From the NCBI GenBank assembly GCA_965226195.1, contig OZ245333.1:2152275-2216274 (forward strand): 64,000 nucleotides of DNA, read 5' to 3'. The DNA comes from Oligoflexales bacterium. Lineage in GTDB: Bacteria > Bdellovibrionota_B > Oligoflexia > Oligoflexales > JAPPIL01. Under the pieces are notes generated by a model, which was not told the DNA's origin, searched no databases, and worked only from the letters and a program-made list of their open reading frames with translations. Positions 29,931 through 37,531 of the stretch are shown here, piece by piece. The translations under genes were made by a program, and so were the position numbers. The stretch's first letter is position 1. Each line of letters starts with the position of its first letter.

Positions 29931-30980
29931 ATGTCTACTGATCAGACGTTGCATATCGGTATCTGTCGGCTGAGTAGTCTTGGGGATGTGGCACTGAGCA
30001 CAGCCTGTCTTGATTTGCTGTCACGGGTTGATCGTCCGCTGCAGGTTTATTGGGTTGGTATGCCGCCGCACAGCACGATATTGACCTACAGCCCGATCGA
30101 ACTGAAGCATATTGCCATCGACCCGCGGGCAAAGTGGCGTAGTATTATACAGGCTGCGCGTGAACTGCAGCACTTGCATTTGTTCGTTGATTTGCAAAAG
30201 AATTTGCGCACGCAAGTGTTGGCAACACTGTTGTCTTGGCGTTGGAACATCCCCTGTTGCACGTATGATAAAGAGCGGTTGCGCCGTCTGCTATTGATGC
30301 TTGCTGCACGTTGGCGTGGACGGCGAAAATTGGCTGCACCAAGTATTTTTGCCACACACAGCCTGCAGTTTGAGCGTATGCAGGCGGCGTTAGCAAATGC
30401 TTTGCAAGTTAAAGATGTGTCGGCACAGCCACGTCTTGTCGTCAACGTATCCGCAGCCCGGCAGGGTTGCCTTGCTGTTGCGGTCGGGGCGAGCTATGCC
30501 ACTAAGCGTGCGCCATTGCCGCTTCTGGCTGAGGTTTTGCGACAGGTTGTAGTGCGCTACGACGGCACTGTGCCATTATCTATTTGTGTGCTTGGCAATG
30601 CACAGGAGCGTGAGTTGGGCGAGCAGCTGTGTGCGGAGTTAGCCTTGCCTCCCGCACAGGTTGAGAACATGTGTGGGCATTTGTCACTAACGGAAGTGCC
30701 GCCGCGTTTGGCGAGTATGGCCGTGTTGCTGTGTAATGACTCAGGCTTGCTGCATATCGCGGAAGCGGTCGGCACACCGGTGGTGGCTTTGTTCGGGCCG
30801 ACGGTTGAGGCTTTTGGCTTCAAGCCTTGGCGGGAGGATAGTCGAGTGTTTTCCAGTCGTCTTGGTTGTCGGCCGTGTTCACGGCACGGACGCACTCCGT
30901 GTCGCTATGGCGACCAGAAATGTTTTACTGGGTTGGACAGTGCTGCTATTGCTGCGGCGCTGTTGCAGCGCTTATGCTGA
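29931..30980 (+). CDS. Glycosyltransferase family 9 (LPS heptosyltransferase-like)
   Basis: Its N-terminus is ICRLSSLGDVALSTACLDLL and its C-terminal block is CNDSGLLHIAEAVGTPVVALFGPT, both typical of GT9. Confidence 0.75.
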   Translation: MSTDQTLHIGICRLSSLGDVALSTACLDLLSRVDRPLQVYWVGMPPHSTILTYSPIELKHIAIDPRAKWRSIIQAARELQHLHLFVDLQKNLRTQVLATLLSWRWNIPCCTYDKERLRRLLLMLAARWRGRRKLAAPSIFATHSLQFERMQAALANALQVKDVSAQPRLVVNVSAARQGCLAVAVGASYATKRAPLPLLAEVLRQVVVRYDGTVPLSICVLGNAQERELGEQLCAELALPPAQVENMCGHLSLTEVPPRLASMAVLLCNDSGLLHIAEAVGTPVVALFGPTVEAFGFKPWREDSRVFSSRLGCRPCSRHGRTPCRYGDQKCFTGLDSAAIAAALLQRLC

Positions 30981-31004
30981 TTCTCCCCACTTCTCTCCCA
31001 ACCA

Positions 31005-31206
31005 ATTAAAAATTTTTGATCCAACTTTTTATAAAAAGTTGGTGGGGGTGGGGGCAAAGCCACCATCTTCTTCCCCCTAAGGGGTTCAAAGGGGCGAAGC
31101 CCCTTAATCCTTTTAGGAGTATCTCCTCGTTTCTTTCCCTCTTAACTTACTAAAAATTTTTGGTCGAGCTTTTTATAAAAAGCTCGTGGGGGTATGGGGG
31201 CGAAGC
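31005..31206. repeat. Two adjacent R4-module repeats with perfect 22-bp palindromes
   Basis: The palindromes are ccaactttttataaaaagttgg (31021..31042) and cgagctttttataaaaagctcg (31165..31186). GC hairpins ggggcgaagcccc also occur. The element matches 21712..21870 and, in reverse, 50455..50540. Confidence 0.75.
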
Positions 31207-31270
31207 GGCTTTGTTGCATAACTCAGGGCAGGCATGTTTATATCCTATAACCCTTTAGCAGTAAGAATTT
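31207..31270. repeat. Perfect inverted copy of 1..64
   Basis: It is the exact reverse complement of 1..64. Confidence 0.9.
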
Positions 31271-31289
31271 TATAGGTGTTGCAAAGGTA

Positions 31290-31522
31290 ATGCCTGCACC
31301 ACGCACAAGCCCATAGTGTCCACAGAAGTTGACAATGGTCAGGTGCAAGCAGACCTGCAAACCATTTCACGCGAATGCTTCAGCATGAGACATGGTGCAG
31401 CAGGATGATTGCACCTGACCCAAACGAGAAGTCTGCGAACACGCAGGGGAGGGGAACGATCCCCACATAAAAATGATATGATAACAGCATGTTATAATCA
31501 ACGGAACTTATGCAACAAAGCC
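31290..31522 (-). repeat. R2 module (reverse orientation) plus a 77-bp module shared with 39087..39163
   Basis: 31290..31450 aligns to the reverse complement of about 175..330. 31446..31522 (ggggaggggaacgatccccacataaaaatgatatgataacagcatgttataatcaacggaacttatgcaacaaagcc) differs at only 2 positions from 39087..39163. Confidence 0.75.
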
Positions 31523-31609
31523 GGGCGAAGCCCCTATCTTCTTCCTCTCATAGGGAAATGCTCCTTAATTCTTTTGACAGGAGGCTCTGATTTATGCAAC
31601 AACGCCGAC

Positions 31610-32866
31610 ATGTTTAGGTTGTTATTAGTCAACTGTTGGTCGTTGTTGGTGTTGTTGTGTTTGCCATTTTTGTATCTTACCGCGTGCTTTCACCCAAAAA
31701 CAAAAAAGCAATTGCGTGGGCGTTGGGGTAATTTTTTACATTTCGGTTGGCGATGTTTTCGTTACAAGAAAAGTAAAGGCAGTTGGTTATTTTTTTGCAG
31801 TTCGGCGGGTGAATATGAACAAGCTGTGCCGCTGTTATCTCGGCTTAGTGGGAAACGAGAAGAAAAGATTGTCATATTTTTTTCCCACTCTGGCTATCGT
31901 TTTGCGGCGTTGCGGCAAGAGCGGGCGTGTTGCTTGCTTGCCCCGCCAGATTTATTGTGGTTGTGGTGGTTTTTCTTCGCTGTCTGTCGGCCGCGGGCGG
32001 TTATTGTCGTGCGGCACGAGTTATGGCCGGCGTTTTTGGCTGCGGCATGTTGCTGGAGCAAATTGTATTTGGTTGATGTGTCTTTTCCGCATATTCGTTA
32101 CCGTTGGTTGAAAGGTTGGCTGTTGGGTTTTTTTAGCAAAATTTTTGTGGTTGATGAACTTGATAGAGTTACTGCACAGCATAGTTTTTATGTGCCGCGG
32201 CAACGGGTGGTTGTTGCGGGTGATAGCAAATATGACCGTGCTGCACAGCGTGTTGCTGCGCGAGAACTGCACGACACGGCATTTTTGTTATTGCAAGAAC
32301 GTGTGCCGCGGCAGCGGCTGTTGATTGGCAGTGCGTGGGAGGAGGAGGTTAGTGCGGTGCTTGCTACTTATCGGAAACGGCGTGACAGGTGGCAGGTGTT
32401 GATTGCTCCGCACGAACCACATACCCGGATGGTCAGCTGGATTGAAAACATGTGCCGCCAGCAAAAATTTAGTGTGCGGCGTTATACGCAGCTGTCGTTG
32501 CCGTTTGCCGATGCAGATGTGATTATTATTGACACGATAGGTTGTTTGACGGAGCTTTATGGACTTGCTGATCTTGCTCTTGTCGGGGGTGGCATGAAGG
32601 CTAAGGTGCATAATGTGTTAGAGCCAGTTTTTCATGGTTTGCCGACGGCGATGGGCAAAAATTTTACCAACAGCAGCGAGGCAAAGTTACTCTTTGACGC
32701 GGGATGGATAACGGTGGTCGATGCAGACAGCATTGCCTCGTGGTGGCACGCTCAGGCGAGCAAATCCGAAGACCGAGCACGTTGTGCGCAGCAGCTTGCT
32801 TTTGTGCATGAGCTGTGTGGAGCGACAGAAGTCATCTGTGCTGATTTGGAGACGTGGTGCGGTTGA
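31610..32866 (+). CDS. waaA: 3-deoxy-D-manno-octulosonic acid (Kdo) transferase-like (GT30)
   Basis: I place the start at the ATG at 31610 (MFRLLLVNCW, TM anchor), because the ORF-track extension from 31409 runs through repeat DNA. KdtA-like blocks include SSAGEYEQAVPLLSRL and LVGGGMKAKVHNVLEPVFHGLP. Confidence 0.65.
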   Translation: MFRLLLVNCWSLLVLLCLPFLYLTACFHPKTKKQLRGRWGNFLHFGWRCFRYKKSKGSWLFFCSSAGEYEQAVPLLSRLSGKREEKIVIFFSHSGYRFAALRQERACCLLAPPDLLWLWWFFFAVCRPRAVIVVRHELWPAFLAAACCWSKLYLVDVSFPHIRYRWLKGWLLGFFSKIFVVDELDRVTAQHSFYVPRQRVVVAGDSKYDRAAQRVAARELHDTAFLLLQERVPRQRLLIGSAWEEEVSAVLATYRKRRDRWQVLIAPHEPHTRMVSWIENMCRQQKFSVRRYTQLSLPFADADVIIIDTIGCLTELYGLADLALVGGGMKAKVHNVLEPVFHGLPTAMGKNFTNSSEAKLLFDAGWITVVDADSIASWWHAQASKSEDRARCAQQLAFVHELCGATEVICADLETWCG

Positions 32867-32987
32867 ATGTTTTTTTTCAGCTGCTTCAAGCAGCTGAATG
32901 GGATGAATGCTCTCTGCTTTTTTGTTAGCTTGCTGCAAGTATTTGGAGGCTACAGTGCAAACAGTGCATGTTTGTTTATTTTTTAAC

Positions 32988-33197
32988 CTCCCATGCGTGC
33001 TACGCAAGACTTTTTGCCGCTTACTCGCTCCCCTGCTTGCGCCTCTTGGCAATAAGGATTAGTAGCGTGCCTTCTGGCACGCTACTTGGTCGCAACGCCC
33101 CTCACCCGCAAGGCTCTATAATGTGTTAGTAGCCTCCAAATGTTTTCAGCAGCATCTGAAGCCGAGAGCGTTGATATGGGGTTTGTTTTTGGGTATG
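32988..33197 (+). repeat. R3 repeat module, left flank of the pilin/protease cassette
   Basis: It is a direct copy of 36852..37071. Shared blocks include catgcgtgctacgcaagactttt, cttgcgcctcttggcaata.gg.attag and cttggtcgcaac. It has a perfect 10-bp hairpin gtagcgtgcc-ttct-ggcacgctac and ends in module A (33158..33193). A partial third copy lies at 37330..37400. Confidence 0.75.
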
Positions 33198-33602
33198 CAC
33201 TCCACTTATTTAATAAATATAAAATTTTATTTTTATAATAGCAAAATTTAGATTTTTATTCAAAAATATCAGATACTTATCTAAAAAAGCCAAAAATCAC
33301 TGGCAATTTTTCCACAGGCAATGTGAATAACCTTGTTCGTCGTCGGGATGGTTGCGGTAATGGCAATGCCTTTAGCGGATAGTGCAAAAGGTAGGCAATA
33401 CTTTTATGTCTTCTGCTGGGATATTTTTGTGCGATGGGGTGTGTCGTGTGAGGGATGTTGTTTTCACTCCATGCGCCAAGCAAATATCTAGTCTAATCAG
33501 CTGAAGTTTTTGCAAAAATCTGAAAATGCTAAAGCAAAATAAGAAAACGGTCGATCGCGTTAATGGGCGTAAGTTTGTAATATTTGCAGTGTAGGAACTA
33601 CT

Positions 33603-35528
33603 GTGGGCAAAAAATCCGCATTTAGCTTGGTCGAGCTGATGGTCGCGGTCGGCATCGTTGGCATTTTGGTAACGATAGCCTTTCCGCGTTATCAGCAGTT
33701 CATGGTGAACTCACGCCGCGGTGAGGCGAAGAGCAATCTGTCGCATCTGAGTTCTTTGCAAAGTGCCTACAGGATCGACTACTACGCATACTATAACGGC
33801 GACACGATGACCTCAAACAATGGTATCGGCTATCAGGATGGGCATGGTAATCCTGGTCGCTGCGATGTCCCCAGCGATGACAGTGACTATGGTTTGGGCA
33901 ACTATCTTGGCTTCCAACCTGAGGCATGTGATAAGCTACGCTACTTCTACCAGCTGCGCGACTCTGGAGAGACTGTGGTCGCTTCCGCGGCATCCAATGC
34001 CAAAGGGTTCTGGATCTACCCCGACTGTCATGGTGGTGGCCCAGTTGAGTACGGCTACCCCAGCGGCGATGCAGTGAGCATGTCTGTGCGCGACAACAAG
34101 CTGGTGGTGCGGCGCAATATCACCAAGTACTGCCCTGAGGCATCGACGGGGATTATCAATCAGCCACCGTGTGTGTGCACCAACTGGCGGCCAAACGGCG
34201 GCTGGCAACCGCCGCAAAGCAGTCGTACTGTGTGCCAGCCACTTCCACAAACCAGGTCTCTGACAAGAACCTGCAGCGGCTACTGTCCCACCTCTCTCAC
34301 CACCTCCGATACAGAAACACGCAATGTCAACGGCAGCAATCCCGTTACCGCAAGCACATCTTTATCGGATGCGCCATGCAACTGCGACCCTGCCTTTTCT
34401 CCTGATACGAGAACTGCTTGTATTGGTGTCACGCCGTGCACCTGCGCATCTGATACTCTAACTGCCTGGACTCCCGCGGTAACTACAGCACAACAAGCAG
34501 CAATGTATACATGTGAGTGCACTGAGCAAACACAGGACAAAACTAGCTGGACTTGCCCTGTTCCCCCCACATGCCTCTCCAGCACGATAAGCCCATTTGA
34601 AACAAGGAAAGTCTGGGGAGGTAAAGACCCTGGCGATGAGAGTGACACTAGCATCTGCGGTGCGTGGAGCGGGTGGGGTGCAGAGGACGGAGGTGTGTGG
34701 ACAGCCGGTGATTGGGGTTCGTGCGTGGCGACTAGCCCTGGGGTATGTGAACAGCAGCAAACCCAAACCCGCACCTGCACCAGCCCCTGTACGGATACCA
34801 ACCCAAATGCCTGTACTTATTTCCCCATTACCTATCAGACACTCCAGTCTCGCTCGCGACCATGCGGCTGTACTGATCCAACACTAAGATGCAGTCCTGC
34901 ATCGTCTTTCAGTGCGGATGTGAAGATTGGTGTTGCAGAGCGTAGCTGCGACATGCAAGGCGGTATCTTCGGCACAACTCTTAGCGACCCACCCGACTGT
35001 AGTTGTACGGATAGGTGTGAGGTCAGTTCGCCTTATTGTCCCGAATGCACAGTTGACTACGCAGAAATGCGTTGTGATGGAGAGGGCACGTTTAGTAAGA
35101 CGAGAGATAACCCACTTACCAAGCCCTATGCGTTCAACTGTACCTGCACGCCAGCTGTGCAGACGGGAACGTTTATTTTGTATAAATCGTGTGTAGCAGA
35201 CTCTTATCAAGCTGCTCTCGCCAGCAGAAACGGTTTGTTGGCTAATGCAGATACCAAGAGTTGTACCAATGGTGGTACAACTATTGATAACTGCAGCTGC
35301 ATGGAAATCACAGCAATTGAGGAGAGTTTGAGAGAAAAAGCTGCTAGCGGGGCTACTGACGCTGCTGACGCTGCTGATTTCCTAACTGACATCAAAAGTG
35401 AGATGCTAAATCGCAATATGGTAGCAGGGTGTCACAAAGATGTTACCACTGGTGATCAGGGTGGTACCCCTTGCGGTTTTGCGCCCGCGAACTGCTGTGA
35501 TGTTACAAACTTTCTGGGAGGGAACTAA
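33603..35528 (+). CDS. Giant type IV pilin-like protein (641 aa) with Cys-rich, thrombospondin-type-1-like C-terminal region
   Basis: It has a GTG start and the prepilin N-terminus MGKKSA/FSLVELMVAVGIVGILVTIAFPRYQQF (Phe+1, Glu+5). I count 44 Cys by hand. It carries W..W...C...QTRTC..C motif blocks. Confidence 0.7.
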   Translation: MGKKSAFSLVELMVAVGIVGILVTIAFPRYQQFMVNSRRGEAKSNLSHLSSLQSAYRIDYYAYYNGDTMTSNNGIGYQDGHGNPGRCDVPSDDSDYGLGNYLGFQPEACDKLRYFYQLRDSGETVVASAASNAKGFWIYPDCHGGGPVEYGYPSGDAVSMSVRDNKLVVRRNITKYCPEASTGIINQPPCVCTNWRPNGGWQPPQSSRTVCQPLPQTRSLTRTCSGYCPTSLTTSDTETRNVNGSNPVTASTSLSDAPCNCDPAFSPDTRTACIGVTPCTCASDTLTAWTPAVTTAQQAAMYTCECTEQTQDKTSWTCPVPPTCLSSTISPFETRKVWGGKDPGDESDTSICGAWSGWGAEDGGVWTAGDWGSCVATSPGVCEQQQTQTRTCTSPCTDTNPNACTYFPITYQTLQSRSRPCGCTDPTLRCSPASSFSADVKIGVAERSCDMQGGIFGTTLSDPPDCSCTDRCEVSSPYCPECTVDYAEMRCDGEGTFSKTRDNPLTKPYAFNCTCTPAVQTGTFILYKSCVADSYQAALASRNGLLANADTKSCTNGGTTIDNCSCMEITAIEESLREKAASGATDAADAADFLTDIKSEMLNRNMVAGCHKDVTTGDQGGTPCGFAPANCCDVTNFLGGN

Positions 35529-35529
35529 G

Positions 35530-36645
35530 ATGAAACTGCTGCTTATTGCACCCCTGGTGTTGCTGGCATCCTGTATCCTGCGCCCGCAAGCCGCGCAAAA
35601 AAAATTCATAACCTTTCACCATGAGTTCAGGAAGGGTTTCACCATCCTGATCGATAAAGTGCATGCCCCGCACTGGGACATCAGTTATGGCTATGGCGAT
35701 GACTGCCCGCCAGAGGAACGGAACAACGACGCGGCATTGACCGCCGCGATCAGCAAAGCTTTGCGGACGTGGTTACAACCGCTGCGCAACTACACCGCCA
35801 AGCCGATCGTTGCCGATTTCCGCTACCAGCTGGCTGCTGATCCTTTCCGCGCCGCCGCCGACCTGTGGGTCATCTTTCACTGCGAGCATAATAATTCCAC
35901 TGCGCATACGGGAGGAAATACTCCCGGCATCAATCTGCGCGATGGCACGAAAGTGGTGTGGCACTTTATAGATGCCCTCGTCCATGAAAGTGGCCATGTT
36001 TTCGGTCTGGCTGACACCTACATCCGGTGGGCGGATCGGCATAAGCCGGGGCTCAGCCAGGGTGGCTTAGCACTGACCAAGGGCACACAACCTGCTGCGG
36101 TGATGAGCGCGCTGATGCCCGTCTTTCCAGCTGCGGCTGCGCACGACCCTGTCGCACTCGATGGTCTTGAAGACCTCGGTGTAGACGACATTAACGGCAT
36201 TATCTGGCTCTACAAGCATGTCCACGAACAGCTGCCGCTGGAAGACTGTTTTTTTCCCAACTATGAGTTGGAGGACACACCGCACGGCTGCCGTCCCAAA
36301 TATCCGCTGATCTTTGAAATCAAGCAGGGGGATGAGTATTGGTCAATCAAGGTGATTAAGGATGACCGCAACTTAGACATCAATGCTCAAGATAAGGATG
36401 ACCTGACTGCCCTGCACCACGCGGTGTTGAACGGTTTTGAGGAGTTGGTCGCCAAACTCATCGAGCATAAGGGCATCAAGCCGTTTCTCAAGAACAAAGA
36501 CGGACACACACCGCTAGATCTTGCCAACGAACTCAAACGGGAACGTATCGCGGCACTCATCGCTGCCCATCCTAAAGCTATGTCTGTCAACGCCAAAGGC
36601 AAAAAGCCAGTCACCTGGGGTGAGTTGAAAAGAGGGGATCACTAA
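35530..36645 (+). CDS. Lipoprotein zinc metalloprotease (HExxHxxGxxD metzincin-like) with C-terminal ankyrin repeats
   Basis: It has an ATG at 35530, 2 nt after the pilin stop, and a lipobox in MKLLLIAPLVLLASC. The zinc motif is LVHESGHVFGLADTY. Ankyrin repeats are DINAQDKDDLTALHHAVLNGFEELVAKLIEHKGI and NKDGHTPLDLANELKRERIAALI. Confidence 0.7.
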   Translation: MKLLLIAPLVLLASCILRPQAAQKKFITFHHEFRKGFTILIDKVHAPHWDISYGYGDDCPPEERNNDAALTAAISKALRTWLQPLRNYTAKPIVADFRYQLAADPFRAAADLWVIFHCEHNNSTAHTGGNTPGINLRDGTKVVWHFIDALVHESGHVFGLADTYIRWADRHKPGLSQGGLALTKGTQPAAVMSALMPVFPAAAAHDPVALDGLEDLGVDDINGIIWLYKHVHEQLPLEDCFFPNYELEDTPHGCRPKYPLIFEIKQGDEYWSIKVIKDDRNLDINAQDKDDLTALHHAVLNGFEELVAKLIEHKGIKPFLKNKDGHTPLDLANELKRERIAALIAAHPKAMSVNAKGKKPVTWGELKRGDH

Positions 36646-36726
36646 GTTTTTGTCATCTGCTTGCGCATTTTGTTTTTGTCATCTGCTTGTCGCATTTTGT
36701 TTTTGTCATCTGCTTGCGCAGATGAC
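36646..36726 (+). repeat. Tandem 26/27-bp repeat x3 whose last unit closes into a 9-bp hairpin
   Basis: The unit gtttttgtcatctgcttgcgcatttt occurs at 36646..36671, 36672..36698 and 36699... The hairpin is gtcatctgc-ttgc-gcagatgac (36704..36726). The array lies immediately 3' of the metalloprotease stop. Confidence 0.85.
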
Positions 36727-36851
36727 TGTGTCTATTGCTCACTACGCTCGCATGGCTTTTTGCCTCTTTCTCGCTCCCTGCTTTTTGTAAGTTTTCGATG
36801 TCGAGTGTAATCGGCTTATGGTGGCAGACATAGCATTATATTTAATGCGTA

Positions 36852-37290
36852 TCCCTCATGCGTGCTACGCAAGACTTTTGTCGCTTGCTAGCTCCCTTGC
36901 TTGCGCCTCTTGGCAATAGGGGATTAGCAGCGGGGCCTTCTGGCACACTGCTTGGTCGCAACAACCCTAGCCCGCAAAGATAGGCATAGGTGTTTGCAGC
37001 CCAGAATTATTTTTGGCAGCATCCAAAGCCGCGAGCTTTGTACGGGGTTTGGTTTGGGGGCTCACACATCGTCGCTAGAGCTAGAAAGCGAACAAAGAGT
37101 CGAGCGAAGCTGGCTAAGCGCTCCTCATCATGCCCGCCTCGCCCTTATCTGACTCACATTAGTTATTTATTCGGCAAATGGCAGACATTCCCTAGTCAGC
37201 ACTATACTTGAGCACATGAAGCGAGCGAGAAAGCGAGCGTTATAAAAAGTGGCGTAGCGAGGTTTAGTTTTGGGTATGGGGACAGTGTTA
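36852..37290 (+). repeat. R3 module (direct copy of 32988..33197) followed by the R6 module
   Basis: 36852..37071 aligns with 32988..33197. About 37020..37290 aligns with the reverse complement of about 60490..60770. Shared blocks there include ggcagacattccctag.cagcactat, aagcgag and gcgttataaaaag.ggcgtagcgag. Confidence 0.7.
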
Positions 37291-37531
37291 GGTGCTGGTA
37301 AAAGTGCCGGATAGTGCATGATTATTTATTCATTTCTCTCGTGCGTGCTACACAAACCTTTTGTCGCTTGCTTGCGCCTCTTGGCAATAAGGATTAGTAG
37401 CGTGCCTCTGATGATTAGAGGCATGGGCGGCGCGTTGCTTTTTAATAACCAGCCAGCAATGCTACATTTGTTAGCCAAGCATGCCTGCCTCGTGTTAGAA
37501 TAACTACACAAGCAGCACGCACGAGGCTAGC

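Noticed and set aside
31075-31105. tRNA-like T-arm word ggttcaaagggg in the R4 repeats (also at 21808..21825)
   Set aside because: No acceptor stem, D-arm or anticodon arm can be folded around it, and it recurs as part of the repeat. I found no tRNA, rRNA, tmRNA, RNase P or SRP RNA signature anywhere in the window.
31409-31609. N-terminal 67-aa extension of waaA given by the ORF track
   Set aside because: The extension is translated from the R2/77-bp repeat modules. The ATG at 31610 gives the expected N-terminal membrane anchor.
36646-36726. Possible CRISPR array (also considered for the tandem repeat at 38394..38489)
   Set aside because: The units are directly adjacent with no spacers. One set is coding and in frame, and no cas genes are present. 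These are plain tandem repeats.
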